NCBI GenBank assembly: GCA_902607475.1
Contig: CACLKH010000002.1
Location: forward strand, 20,872-84,871
Source: an uncultured Alphaproteobacteria bacterium
GTDB taxonomy: Bacteria; Pseudomonadota; Alphaproteobacteria; GCA-002720895
Direction: 5' to 3'
DNA: 64,000 bases
The notes under the pieces are model-generated. The model did not search any database and was not told the DNA's origin. It saw only the letters and a program-made list of their open reading frames with translations. The position numbers were made by a program, and so were the translations under genes. Below are positions 19,755 to 29,784 of the stretch, piece by piece (within the stretch, counting starts at the first letter, position 1; the number at the start of each line of letters is the position of its first letter).

Positions 19755-20389
19755 TATTTTACAGGTATTGGGTCTAAGCTTCTCCAAAGATACCAAGTTG
19801 CTACAGTTGACCAAGGCTGCCATTTTTTTTTAAATTTTTTAACTTCTGATTCTTTTAAAGGATATTTTAAATTATAGTTAACAGATACAGCTTTTTGAAG
19901 ACCTATATCTGAAGAAGGAAAGATATTTGGTCTTAAAAGATAAAAAATTAAAAACATTTCAGCAGTCCATCTTCCTATGCCTTTGATTTGTATTAAATCA
20001 TTAATTACTTTTTCATCTTCAATCTTTTTCCATTTTTTTTCTATATTTTTATTTTTTTTAAAAAAATTAGCTAAATTTAATAAATAATTTACTTTTTGTT
20101 TTGAGAAGCCACATTTTGCTATTTCATTTTTTTTAGATTTTAAAATATTGTTCGGTGTTATTTTTTTTATTTTTTTTTCAAGTTTTTCCCAAATAGAATT
20201 TGCAGCTTTTATAGATATTTGTTGACCAGTAATTGATTTTGCTAGAGTTAAAAAGGCATTTTTTTTACTTTGCAATTTTTCTGTTCTATATCTATTGATT
20301 ATTTTTTTTAAAATTATATCTTTTTTTTTAAGTGTATTTATTGCTAATAACCAATTTTTGTTTGTTAATTTAATGATAGTTTTATGCAC
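19751..20389 (-). CDS. alkA: DNA-3-methyladenine glycosylase II family (HhH-GPD) protein
   Basis: IKGIGRWTAEMFLIFYL..PSSDIGLQKA HhH-GPD motif. Apparent GTG start. Confidence 0.75.
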   Translation of the reverse strand: MHKTIIKLTNKNWLLAINTLKKKDIILKKIINRYRTEKLQSKKNAFLTLAKSITGQQISIKAANSIWEKLEKKIKKITPNNILKSKKNEIAKCGFSKQKVNYLLNLANFFKKNKNIEKKWKKIEDEKVINDLIQIKGIGRWTAEMFLIFYLLRPNIFPSSDIGLQKAVSVNYNLKYPLKESEVKKFKKKWQPWSTVATWYLWRSLDPIPVKY

Positions 20390-20755
20390 AATATAAATTT
20401 AAAATTTTCTAGTTATACAATTAATATTAAATTAAGGTCTACTAAAACCGCTAATGCTATTAAAAATATTTTGCCTTTTAAATCAATAGTTAAAACATGG
20501 GGGGAAGAAATATATTTTGAAATACCTATTGAAGAAAGTTTAGATTTAGAAAATAATGCAAAAGATATAATAAATGTTGGAGAAATAGCATATTGGGTTG
20601 AAGGAAAATGTATAGCAATTGGATATGGAAAAACACCAATATCAAAAGGAAATGAAATTAAATTAGCTGCAAGAACTAATATTTGGGGCGATGCAAATTT
20701 AAATGTTAAAAAATTAAAAAATATAAAGGATGGAGATGAGGTTATTATTTCTTAA
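20384..20755 (+). CDS. Cyclophilin-like fold (PF04126-type) small protein
   Basis: 123 aa. TWGEEIYFEIP and GEIAYWVEGKCIAIGYG patterns recall the cyclophilin-like TM1367 family. Confidence 0.55.
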   Translation: MHNINLKFSSYTINIKLRSTKTANAIKNILPFKSIVKTWGEEIYFEIPIEESLDLENNAKDIINVGEIAYWVEGKCIAIGYGKTPISKGNEIKLAARTNIWGDANLNVKKLKNIKDGDEVIIS

Positions 20756-21947
20756 AATTTTTTTTATTTTTCTAATATTTCAGCCAGTTTTTGCATTACC
20801 AATTCCTGGTGAAAAATATTTTATTGATGTTAACTCTCTTTCTGAACCTTATGAAACAAAAAGTGTAGCAAATAGTTATAATTTTGTTAGTGAAAATCCT
20901 TGTTCATTAAAAGCTCCCAAGAATTTTAAAGTTGATTTATTCGCAAAAAATCTTGATGGACCGAGAAATATAAAAGTAGCAAGTAATGGCGATGTTTTTG
21001 TTGTTGAATCATATACTGGCAACATTAAAGTTCTAAGAGATAATGATAACGATGGTAAAAGTGATATGGAAAAGATTTTTGCCAAAGATTTTAACAAGCC
21101 TTTTGGCATAGATATAAATAATGGTTTTCTTTATATTGCAGATACAGATTTTGTATGGAAAATTCCATATATACCAGGTCAATTAGTTCAAAAAAGTAAA
21201 GCAATAAAAGTAACAGAGCCAAATGCTCTTGGAGATAGCAGTGGTCATTGGACAAGAAATATAGCAATTAAAGAAAATAAAATGTATATTGCTATCGGAA
21301 GCAGGGGTAATATAGAAATTGAAGAATATCCAAGAGCAACAATTCAACAATTAGATTTAATTACTAATAAACAAATAAATTTTGCAACAGGCATAAGAAA
21401 TCCTATTGGATTAGATTTTCATCCAATTACCAAAAAACTTTTTGCTGTTGTAAATGAAAGAGATGGAATGGGTGATAATTTAGTACCTGATTATTTCTCA
21501 AAAATTAATCAAGATAATTTTTTTGGTTGGCCTTACTTCTATCTGGGTAACAACATTCAACCAAAAATCAAGATTCCGAAAAATTTTAAGAAAATTTTAG
21601 TTAATGTTCCTGATGTTTTATTTAAATCACATTCAGGACCAATAGATTTTATTTTTTATAATAAAAAACAATTTCCAAAAGAATATTATGGAAATGCCTT
21701 CGTTGCTTTGCATGGATCATGGAATTCGAGTCGACCAGCTGGTTATATGGTAGTCAGAATTCCTTTTAAAAATAATAAACCCATTGGTAACTATGAATCT
21801 TTTGTAACTGGTTTTTGGTTTTCCGGAGATAAACAAGCTAATGTTTGCGGACGACCAGCTGGGTTAGGTATAAGCAATGATGGATCTCTTTTAATTTCAG
21901 ATGATGTTGGCAATAATATTTGGCGTGTATACTACAGTGATAATTAA
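20730..21947 (+). CDS. Secreted sorbosone/glucose dehydrogenase-family (PQQ-dependent beta-propeller) protein
   Basis: N-terminal signal-like LLFLKIFFIFLIFQPVFA. Repeated propeller-like segments, HGSWNSSRPAGY and GRPAGLGISNDGSLLISDD. Confidence 0.7.
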   Translation: MEMRLLFLKIFFIFLIFQPVFALPIPGEKYFIDVNSLSEPYETKSVANSYNFVSENPCSLKAPKNFKVDLFAKNLDGPRNIKVASNGDVFVVESYTGNIKVLRDNDNDGKSDMEKIFAKDFNKPFGIDINNGFLYIADTDFVWKIPYIPGQLVQKSKAIKVTEPNALGDSSGHWTRNIAIKENKMYIAIGSRGNIEIEEYPRATIQQLDLITNKQINFATGIRNPIGLDFHPITKKLFAVVNERDGMGDNLVPDYFSKINQDNFFGWPYFYLGNNIQPKIKIPKNFKKILVNVPDVLFKSHSGPIDFIFYNKKQFPKEYYGNAFVALHGSWNSSRPAGYMVVRIPFKNNKPIGNYESFVTGFWFSGDKQANVCGRPAGLGISNDGSLLISDDVGNNIWRVYYSDN

Positions 21948-21969
21948 TTTTTTTTAAGAGGGTAAAAAT

Positions 21970-22620
21970 ATTTTTCCAATAGGTGACGAAAATCCAACTG
22001 TAAGAAAACCTTTTATAACATACGGGATTCTTGGTTTATGTATTTTGATTTTTTTATGGCAAATTTCACTGCCTGAAGATTTTTTTATGGGAATAAAAAA
22101 TTTTGGGTTAGTTCCTTCAGATATTTACATTTATAAAATTTTTTCTTCCATGTTTTTACATGGAAGTTGGATGCATTTAATTGGTAATATGGCATATCTT
22201 TGGATATTTGGAAATAATATCGAAGATTATTTAGGTCATATAAAGTTTCTAATCTTTTATTTATTTTGCGGAATATGCGCAACTCTTATCCATGTTTTTT
22301 CAGATGTTAATTCTACCATTCCTGTAGTTGGTGCAAGTGGAGCTATTTCAGGAATTTTAGGAGCGTACTTAATACTTTATCCAAGAGCAAAAGTAAAATT
22401 ATTAGTATGGTTTGGAATTGTTACAATTTTAAGAGTTAGGGCGTCAATAGTTTTAATTTTTTGGTTTGTTTATCAATTTTTAAGCGTACTTAAATCAACA
22501 GGTGAAGGAGGAGGGGTTGCATGGTGGGCACATATAGGTGGATTTATTGCTGGAATATTAATAATTTTTTTGTTAGGAAAAAAAAAGTTAGTTGAAAAAG
22601 AAAAGGGACCTTGGGAATAA
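21970..22620 (+). CDS. Rhomboid-family intramembrane serine protease (start uncertain, probably non-canonical)
   Basis: HGSWMHLIGNM, the catalytic GASGAISG motif and the HIGGFIAG His. A conserved-looking N-terminus (FPIGDENPTVRKPFITYGIL) lies upstream of the track's TTG start at 22045. AAGAGGG precedes an in-frame ATT at 21970. Confidence 0.75.
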   Translation: MFPIGDENPTVRKPFITYGILGLCILIFLWQISLPEDFFMGIKNFGLVPSDIYIYKIFSSMFLHGSWMHLIGNMAYLWIFGNNIEDYLGHIKFLIFYLFCGICATLIHVFSDVNSTIPVVGASGAISGILGAYLILYPRAKVKLLVWFGIVTILRVRASIVLIFWFVYQFLSVLKSTGEGGGVAWWAHIGGFIAGILIIFLLGKKKLVEKEKGPWE

Positions 22621-22622
22621 TT

Positions 22623-23495
22623 TTATTTTTTTAATGCCTCAACCATTGTTGTTCCAAGCTCAGCAGGAGATTCTGAAATAATAGTACCTGCAGACTTTAA
22701 AACTTCAATTTTTTCAGGTGCAGTTTCAGCGCCGCTAGATACTATTGCACCAGCATGTCCCATTCTTTTCCCTGGAGGTGCTGTAGCTCCTGCAATAAAA
22801 GCAACAACTGGTTTATTTTTTTCTTTTTTTATAAATTCTGCAGCATCTACTTCGGCTGTTCCCCCAATTTCACCGATCATAATGACACCTTCTGTTTTTT
22901 CATCGGCCATAAATAATTCAAGACATTCTACAAATTTCATACCATTAATAGGATCCCCACCAATTCCTACTACAGTTGTTTGCCCAAGACCAACATCTGT
23001 TGTCTGTTTTCCTGCTTCATAAGATAATGTTCCTGACCTTGAGATAATTCCAATTTTTCCAGGTTTATAAACATATCCTGGCATAATACCCAATTTTGCT
23101 TCGCCGGCTGTGATAATTCCTGGGCAATTTGGTCCTATTAATCTAGATTTTTTTCCTTCAAGATGTTTCCTTACTTTCATCATTTCATGAACAGGTATTC
23201 CATCAGTAATCGCGACAATTAATGGCATTTCTGCATCTATAGACTCTATTATCGCTGCAGCAGCAAATGGAGGTGGAACATAAATTGTAGATGCATTAGC
23301 TCCAGTTTTGTCCATTGCTTCCTTTACAGTATTAAATACCGGTAGATCAAGATGAGTTTGCCCACCTTTTTTTGGTGTTACACCGCCTACAAAATTTGTT
23401 CCATATTTAATTGATTGTTCAGAGTGAAAAGTACCTTGCGCACCTGTAAAACCCTGACATATAACTTTTGTGTTTCTATCAACTAAAATTGACAT
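22623..23495 (-). CDS. sucD: Succinyl-CoA synthetase alpha subunit
   Basis: 290 aa. [19 protein letters not shown] and GHAGAI (phosphohistidine loop). Confidence 0.97.
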   Translation of the reverse strand: MSILVDRNTKVICQGFTGAQGTFHSEQSIKYGTNFVGGVTPKKGGQTHLDLPVFNTVKEAMDKTGANASTIYVPPPFAAAAIIESIDAEMPLIVAITDGIPVHEMMKVRKHLEGKKSRLIGPNCPGIITAGEAKLGIMPGYVYKPGKIGIISRSGTLSYEAGKQTTDVGLGQTTVVGIGGDPINGMKFVECLELFMADEKTEGVIMIGEIGGTAEVDAAEFIKKEKNKPVVAFIAGATAPPGKRMGHAGAIVSSGAETAPEKIEVLKSAGTIISESPAELGTTMVEALKK

Positions 23496-23497
23496 AA

Positions 23498-24670
23498 TTA
23501 TTTTTTTTCTTTATTTACTGCCTCCACAATTTTTTTCGCTGTTTCACCGAAAGTAGATGCATTTATAAAAGGTAAACCAGATTCTTTTAAAATTTTTCTT
23601 GCCAATTCTATGTTTGTTCCTTCTAATCTGACAACAACAGGCTTTGACATTTTAACTTCATTGGCCGCTGTGACCAGGCCTTCTGCAATAGAATTAGTCC
23701 TCATCATTCCACCGAAAACATTGCACAAAATTCCTTTAACATCTTCATCTGAGTATAATAATTTGAAAGCAGCAGCCACTCTTTCTGGAGTTGCAGCCCC
23801 TGCTATATCCATAAAATTTGCTGGTTTTCCTCCATTTTGTTTAATCAAATCCATTGTTGCCATTGCAAGACCCGCACCATTGACCATCACGCCAACTTCC
23901 CCGTCTAATTTGACATAATTAAGATCATGTTTTTTTGCTTCTAATTCTAAAGGGTCTTCCTCATCTTCATCACGTAGATTTGCAATATCTTCATGCCTGT
24001 AAAAAGAATTTTCATCAAATCCCATTTTTGCATCTAAAGCATAAATATCTTTTTCTTTTGTAATTACCATTGGATTAATTTCTACCATTAATGCCTCAAG
24101 ACTTACTGTTGTTTTATGAATTGCTAGAATAAAATTTGCTGCTTTTTCTATAAGCTCGCCTTCTAAACCTAATTTTAACGCAATGTCTTTAGCTTCATTT
24201 ATTTGCATATCAGAACATGGTTTTAATTTGTGTTTTATTATTTTTTCAGGAGTTTTTTCAGCAACTTCTTCAATTTCCATTCCACCTTCAGTTGAAGCTA
24301 TTACTGTTATTCCATTTGTTTCTCTATCTACAACCATTGAAATATAAAACTCTTTTTCAATATTTGATCCTTCTTCAACATAAAGCTTTTTTACAACCTT
24401 TCCTTTGGGGCCAGTTTGGGGAGTAATAAGAGTTTTACCCATTATTTCATTTGATGCTTTTTCAACTTCTTCAAGTGATTTTACTACTTTAACACCACCT
24501 GCTTTCCCTCTACCTCCAGCATGAATTTGTGCTTTAACAACCCAAATACCAGAATCTAATTCCTTTGCAACATTTATTGCTTCTTCGACCGTAAATGCTA
24601 CTTTGCCATTAGGAACATTAACTCCGTTTTTTGACAATAATTCTTTTGCTTGATATTCGTGAATATTCAA
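23498..24670 (-). CDS. sucC: Succinyl-CoA synthetase beta subunit
   Basis: 390 aa. [12 protein letters not shown] start, ATP-grasp domain, [10 protein letters not shown]. Confidence 0.97.
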   Translation of the reverse strand: MNIHEYQAKELLSKNGVNVPNGKVAFTVEEAINVAKELDSGIWVVKAQIHAGGRGKAGGVKVVKSLEEVEKASNEIMGKTLITPQTGPKGKVVKKLYVEEGSNIEKEFYISMVVDRETNGITVIASTEGGMEIEEVAEKTPEKIIKHKLKPCSDMQINEAKDIALKLGLEGELIEKAANFILAIHKTTVSLEALMVEINPMVITKEKDIYALDAKMGFDENSFYRHEDIANLRDEDEEDPLELEAKKHDLNYVKLDGEVGVMVNGAGLAMATMDLIKQNGGKPANFMDIAGAATPERVAAAFKLLYSDEDVKGILCNVFGGMMRTNSIAEGLVTAANEVKMSKPVVVRLEGTNIELARKILKESGLPFINASTFGETAKKIVEAVNKEKK

Positions 24671-24761
24671 TTGTTAACTATTTAAAAATTAAAAAGTCAC
24701 TATAAAAAAATTTAAGGAAAATTCAAGTTATTACTATGTTACTTATATTTTTTCTTGCATC

Positions 24762-25727
24762 TTATTTTTTACCATACAAAAGAGTGATATTAATTCTTCT
24801 ATTTTCATAATTTTTTTTAAAATTAAAATTATCAGATGCATGAAAAAGGTTCGAATTAAAAATTATTACCCTGTTTGATTTATATTTGATTCTTTTCATT
24901 TTTGATTTTTTTTTCTTTAAGAAGTTTTTAATTGCTAAATGGTTAGTATTATATTTCTCAAAATCCCAATTTTTTGGAGCTTCTTTATCCCAAATTAATA
25001 GACCACCAGTATTTTTATTTAAATTTGCTTTATCAGGAGTTATCCAAAAGTTTATATTTATTGCAGCAAAATCTGCGTGAATTTTAATACCTTTCATTTG
25101 GTTGTTGCATTTGAAAGCCCATGCCTTAGTTAATGGAAATTTTTTTAAAATTTCAGGATATTGCAACCTAATTTCTTCGCTGATTTGAAGTAATAATGGA
25201 GTGTTAAATCCATTTTCAATAAAAGATCCAATATATCCATTTTTATAATCAAATTCATTCCATATAGAATTTGTTAGGCAGAACGAATATAATTTATCTA
25301 ACACTTCTTTATTTAAAAAGTCATCAATTACCATATACTTAAATTTTTTTTTTAAATTTATCGCGACAATCTTTTTATTATCGTTAATTATTTTTTTTTC
25401 AATTATATCAGGGGGTTGGTAGTAAATTAGATTATTAAAAGTAGGACCTAATTTATATGTAAATTCCTTTGATAAAGTAAAGATATCAGTAGGGTCAGAG
25501 TTTTTAGGTAAAGAGCTATAAATAAATTTATACTTTTTCACGATATTATTAAATTTTTTCGATACTAGTTTTTTTTTTAATAAGTAGCTGATTTGTTCAA
25601 TATCATGTTTTAATTTATTTTTTGAAACTTCATATCTAAAACCTTTACTAATACTTATTTTAAATTCTTCTTCACTTAAAATCTTTTTTGTATTGATAAA
25701 ATTTTTTATCTTATTAACAAATAACAT
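24762..25727 (-). CDS. Hypothetical protein, possible 2OG-Fe(II) oxygenase fold
   Basis: C-terminal half has a HxD...H...R arrangement (IHADFA .. LFHASD .. RRINITLL). No family recognised with certainty. Confidence 0.35.
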   Translation of the reverse strand: MLFVNKIKNFINTKKILSEEEFKISISKGFRYEVSKNKLKHDIEQISYLLKKKLVSKKFNNIVKKYKFIYSSLPKNSDPTDIFTLSKEFTYKLGPTFNNLIYYQPPDIIEKKIINDNKKIVAINLKKKFKYMVIDDFLNKEVLDKLYSFCLTNSIWNEFDYKNGYIGSFIENGFNTPLLLQISEEIRLQYPEILKKFPLTKAWAFKCNNQMKGIKIHADFAAININFWITPDKANLNKNTGGLLIWDKEAPKNWDFEKYNTNHLAIKNFLKKKKSKMKRIKYKSNRVIIFNSNLFHASDNFNFKKNYENRRINITLLYGKK

Positions 25728-25735
25728 TATTAATT

Positions 25736-26188
25736 TTATCTTCCTTTGTAAGGTTTAATTCCAGTATCAGGGATATATATATTTTTTGGAGCTCTTTTAT
25801 TTTCGTAAAAAATATCGATAGGTATTCCACCTCTTGGATACCAATAACCAGATATTCTAAGCCATTTAGGCTTTATAGATTTTAATAATTTTTCAGCTAT
25901 ATAAATTGTACAGTCTTCGTGAAAACATTGATGATTTCTAAACGAATGCATAAAAAATTTAAATGATTTACTTTCCACTAAATATTTATTTGGCAAATAA
26001 TCTATTACAAATTTTGCAAAATCAGGTTGTCCGGTAATAGGACATAGGGATGTAAATTCATTTACCGTTAATCTAACAAGATAGTTTTTATTGTAATTTT
26101 TATTTGGAATTGGATCTAAAATACATTTATCCGGATTATTTAATAAATTTTTATTTTTGCCTAAGTAATTTAATTTAATTTTTTTCAT
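25736..26188 (-). CDS. queF: NADPH-dependent 7-cyano-7-deazaguanine reductase (type I QueF)
   Basis: 150 aa. EFTSLCPITGQPDFA catalytic-Cys motif and ESKSFKFF. Confidence 0.9.
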   Translation of the reverse strand: MKKIKLNYLGKNKNLLNNPDKCILDPIPNKNYNKNYLVRLTVNEFTSLCPITGQPDFAKFVIDYLPNKYLVESKSFKFFMHSFRNHQCFHEDCTIYIAEKLLKSIKPKWLRISGYWYPRGGIPIDIFYENKRAPKNIYIPDTGIKPYKGR

Positions 26189-27309
26189 TTTCTTTTTCTT
26201 TTTGCTTCATATTTAAAATAATTTTTATAAAATTTATCAAATTTATTTTTTTTTATCGCTTCTCTAATTCTTAGCATAAAATTTTGATAATAAGAGATAT
26301 TATGCCAAGTTAAAATCATCAATCCCAGTATTTCATTACACTTAAATAAATGATGAATATAAGCTTTCGAATAATCGTTGCTTGCTGGACAATTTAAATT
26401 TTTATCAAGAATATTCTCATCTTTTTTAAATTTAGAATTTTTTATATTTATAATTCCTGAAGTAGTGAAAGCCAAACCAGTTCTGCCTAAACGCGTTGGT
26501 AATACACAGTCAAACATATCTACCCCATGTGCAATAGATTTTATAATATCACTAGGCATACCAACTCCCATCAAATATCTTGGTTTATCATCTGGCAAAT
26601 AAGGTATTGTTTTATCTATAATTTTAAGCATTTCTTTTTGACCCTCTCCAACTGAAAGCCCTCCTATTGCGTAACCATCAAAATTTATTTCTTGTAATTT
26701 TATTGCACATTTAATTCTTAAGTCTTCATATTTTGCCCCTTGGACAATTCCAAATAAACCAGAATCTTTTTTATTAAAGGCTTTTTTACAACGCCTTGCC
26801 CATCTTAAAGTTAATTCCATAGATTTTTCTGCCTTTTGTTTTGTAACGTTATAATCAATGCATTCGTCTAAAACCATAATAATATTACTACCTATATTTT
26901 GCTGAAATTTGATACAATTTTCTGGTGTTAAATAAAGCAATTTACCATCAATATGAGATCTAAATTTTATACCTTTTTCTTCTATTTTTTTTAATTTTGC
27001 TAATGACCAAATTTGATATCCTCCTGAATCAGTTAAAATTGGTAGTTTACAATTCATAAATTTATGAATACCTCCAAATTTTTTTATAATTTTTTCCCCT
27101 GGTCTAAGCATTAAATGATATGTATTACACAAAACAACTTGTGAGTTTGTTTGTATTATATTTTCAGGAAACATTGCTTTTACATTAGCAATCGTTCCAA
27201 CTGGCATAAATGCCGGTGTATCTATACTTCCTTTAGCAGTCTTTATTTTACCCAGTCTAGCATTTCCGAATTCTTTAATTTTTTTAAAATTAAATTTTTT
27301 AGTACTCAT
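26185..27309 (-). CDS. tgt: Queuine tRNA-ribosyltransferase
   Basis: 374 aa. TPAFMPVGT, LTDSGGYQ, GGLSVGE and DMFDCVLPTR motifs. 4-nt overlap with queF. Confidence 0.95.
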   Translation of the reverse strand: MSTKKFNFKKIKEFGNARLGKIKTAKGSIDTPAFMPVGTIANVKAMFPENIIQTNSQVVLCNTYHLMLRPGEKIIKKFGGIHKFMNCKLPILTDSGGYQIWSLAKLKKIEEKGIKFRSHIDGKLLYLTPENCIKFQQNIGSNIIMVLDECIDYNVTKQKAEKSMELTLRWARRCKKAFNKKDSGLFGIVQGAKYEDLRIKCAIKLQEINFDGYAIGGLSVGEGQKEMLKIIDKTIPYLPDDKPRYLMGVGMPSDIIKSIAHGVDMFDCVLPTRLGRTGLAFTTSGIINIKNSKFKKDENILDKNLNCPASNDYSKAYIHHLFKCNEILGLMILTWHNISYYQNFMLRIREAIKKNKFDKFYKNYFKYEAKRKRK

Positions 27310-27331
27310 AAGTTTTAATATTCAAAAATTA

Positions 27332-27919
27332 TTATAATTTTGAAACAAGAAGATCTACTGGAAGATAAATTTTATACAACCTCCATTTAAAAGGAGTAAA
27401 CTTTAAATCAACTTTTATTGGGTAACCATCGTGATTAAAATCTATCCTAAAAGTATTTAAATTAATGAAAAAAACATAATTAACTTTTTCTCTTATTCTT
27501 TTAACATTTGGTCCTTTAAAGTTAAATTTTTCTTTTTTTATATTTTTTTTTTTCTTATTTATTTTTGGGTTATCTATTTCTTTTTTTAGCATTTCGCTAT
27601 ATTTTTTTGGATCATTTAATAATAACACTATATTCTCAGGGCTTACTATTTCTTCTAAAATAATTTCAATTAAACTATTTCCTAGCAATGTTTTTAATAG
27701 TTGCTTTTCTATATTTTTTTTTTTTCCGATTTTTTTATCAATTATAATCTCCAAATCATCTTTAAAACCTGATCGTAATGATTGCCAATTTATATTGTTT
27801 GTAAAAAACTCGATATCTGATTTTTTAACTGCAACATAAAATTTATATATGTTTATGAAAGGCCATAAAATATAAAGGAAAGATAAAATAAAAAAAATAA
27901 TTAATATTTTTTTTTTCAT
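27332..27919 (-). CDS. Hypothetical membrane-anchored protein (possibly DUF2939-like)
   Basis: 195 aa with one N-terminal hydrophobic helix and a Lys-rich body. Assignment rests on general resemblance only. Confidence 0.4.
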   Translation of the reverse strand: MKKKILIIFFILSFLYILWPFINIYKFYVAVKKSDIEFFTNNINWQSLRSGFKDDLEIIIDKKIGKKKNIEKQLLKTLLGNSLIEIILEEIVSPENIVLLLNDPKKYSEMLKKEIDNPKINKKKKNIKKEKFNFKGPNVKRIREKVNYVFFINLNTFRIDFNHDGYPIKVDLKFTPFKWRLYKIYLPVDLLVSKL

Positions 27920-27922
27920 TTC

Positions 27923-28699
27923 TTAAAAACTAAATTGTTCATTTAATACTTTTTTATCAAAATTATGATCTGGGTCGAATAATAAAGATAATTTAATGGA
28001 CCTGTCTTCTTTAATTTCTACTTTTTTTATATCTTTAATTTCCTTAAAATCTGCACTTACATTAACCGATCTTTTTTTTTCATCTAAAATTATAAAAGTA
28101 ACTTTACTTTTGGAGTTAATAAGCGCACCCCTCCAACTTCTTGGTCTAAAAGGACTAATCGGGGTTAAAGCAAGTAATTTGGAATTCATTGGTATAATTT
28201 GCCCTCTAGCAGACAAGTTGTAGGCGGTGCTGCCAGCAGGCGTTGCTAATAAAATTCCATCACAAACAAGTTCTTTAATTCTTACAATATTATCAATTTG
28301 TATTTTTATTTTTGCTGCATGTCTAGAATTTCTCAATAGAGATACTTCATTAATGGCCATAGCTTGAATTTTTTTACCATCTTTTTTTGTTGCCAACATT
28401 TTTAATACATGCATTTCGGTTTTTTTTGCTTTTTGAAGTCTTTTAATTAAATCTATTTTTTTATATGGATTAGTTAAAAAACCATAATCTCCTCTATTAA
28501 CGCCAAAAATTGGTTTACCAAATTTCATAGAATTATGGAGAGCTGATAATATTGTACCATCGCCTCCAACAGCAACAATCACATCAGCATTATTTATTGG
28601 ATGATTTTTATATTCCTTTTTAAAATTTTTTACAGCAACAATTGCTTTTTTATTTTTTGCTGGAAAAAAATTTATTTTTATTTTTTCGCGATTAAACAT
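27923..28699 (-). CDS. nadK: NAD kinase
   Basis: VIVAVGGDGTIL, the NEV motif and TPAGSTAYNLSA. Confidence 0.9.
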   Translation of the reverse strand: MFNREKIKINFFPAKNKKAIVAVKNFKKEYKNHPINNADVIVAVGGDGTILSALHNSMKFGKPIFGVNRGDYGFLTNPYKKIDLIKRLQKAKKTEMHVLKMLATKKDGKKIQAMAINEVSLLRNSRHAAKIKIQIDNIVRIKELVCDGILLATPAGSTAYNLSARGQIIPMNSKLLALTPISPFRPRSWRGALINSKSKVTFIILDEKKRSVNVSADFKEIKDIKKVEIKEDRSIKLSLLFDPDHNFDKKVLNEQFSF

Positions 28700-28710
28700 A
28701 AAAGATACAT

Positions 28711-29694
28711 TTAACCTCCAGTAACATTCATGGTACGTTCTAGATTTTTATTTGCACTTTCTTTCTGTATTTCAAACTCATGTGACCTAGGTTTTAAATA
28801 AATTGATTTTAGAATTAAAGCTTTTAGATGTTTTTTACTTTTTAAAAGAGCTTCTTTAAGATCAACAAATTTATTATGACCTAAGCAAGAATAAATTCTT
28901 CCAGTGCATGTTAAACGAACTCTATTACAAGATTCACAAAAATTATTAGTAAGCGGTGTTATAAAACCAATTTTTTGATTTGAATTTTTTATTTTTACAT
29001 ATTTTGATGGCCCTCCTGTATTTATATTAGTATTTTCTAGCGAGTATCTTTTTTTTAAAAAAGATCTAACTTTAGTCAAAGGATAGTATTGTTCTAATCT
29101 TATATCATTTTCCATATCCATTGGCATAACTTCAATAAAAGTAATATCAAATTTTTTATTTATGCACCAATCAACCATTTTATCTAGCTCGTTAATATTA
29201 ATATTTTTTAACGCAACAGTATTTATCTTTACTTTTAAACCAATTTTTTTTGCAATTTTTAATCCTTCTAAAACTTTTTCCAAGTTTCCACCTCTAGTAA
29301 TTTTTAAATATTTTTTTGAATCTAATGTATCTAGCGACACATTAATTCTTTTTATTCCATTTTTTTTTATTACTTCTGCGTATTTATATAACTGCGTCCC
29401 ATTAGTTGTAAGTGTAAGTTCTTCTAGATTTGAGTTATTAATTTTCTTTCCCAAATAATCTAAAATAGTCGGCATACCTTTTTTTATTAAAGGTTCACCT
29501 CCAGTAATTCTTATTTTTTTTATACCTAAATCTATAAAAGCAGAGCAAATATTATTTACCTCTTCTGATGAAAGTATTTCTGACTTAGGCAAAAATTCCA
29601 TTTTTTCTTTCATGCAATAAATGCATCTTAAATCACATCTATCAGTAACTGATACACGCAAATAATTTATTTCTCTATCAAAAGTGTCTTTCAT
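28711..29694 (-). CDS. moaA: GTP 3',8-cyclase (molybdenum cofactor biosynthesis protein A)
   Basis: YLRVSVTDRCDLRCIYC radical-SAM motif, ITGGEPL, and a C-terminal CxxCxRxRLT cluster plus a GG tail. Confidence 0.93.
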   Translation of the reverse strand: MKDTFDREINYLRVSVTDRCDLRCIYCMKEKMEFLPKSEILSSEEVNNICSAFIDLGIKKIRITGGEPLIKKGMPTILDYLGKKINNSNLEELTLTTNGTQLYKYAEVIKKNGIKRINVSLDTLDSKKYLKITRGGNLEKVLEGLKIAKKIGLKVKINTVALKNININELDKMVDWCINKKFDITFIEVMPMDMENDIRLEQYYPLTKVRSFLKKRYSLENTNINTGGPSKYVKIKNSNQKIGFITPLTNNFCESCNRVRLTCTGRIYSCLGHNKFVDLKEALLKSKKHLKALILKSIYLKPRSHEFEIQKESANKNLERTMNVTGG

Positions 29695-29784
29695 TTTTTA
29701 AATATTTTTTTTTTTATTTTATCTAGTATAAATTAGATTTTAAAAACATATACTTTATAATAAACAAAAAAAAATGATATTTAA

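Noticed and set aside
20730-21947. The PQQ-dependent-type sugar dehydrogenase as evidence for an unusual cofactor dependency.
   Set aside because: The family assignment is only moderate, since some members of this beta-propeller family do not use PQQ. The presence or absence of pqq genes cannot be judged from this window.
29695-29784. A possible molybdenum-cofactor riboswitch in the divergent moaA/tupB intergenic region.
   Set aside because: The region is only 90 nt and is almost pure A/T. It cannot form the long, G/C-containing conserved helices of the Moco RNA motif.
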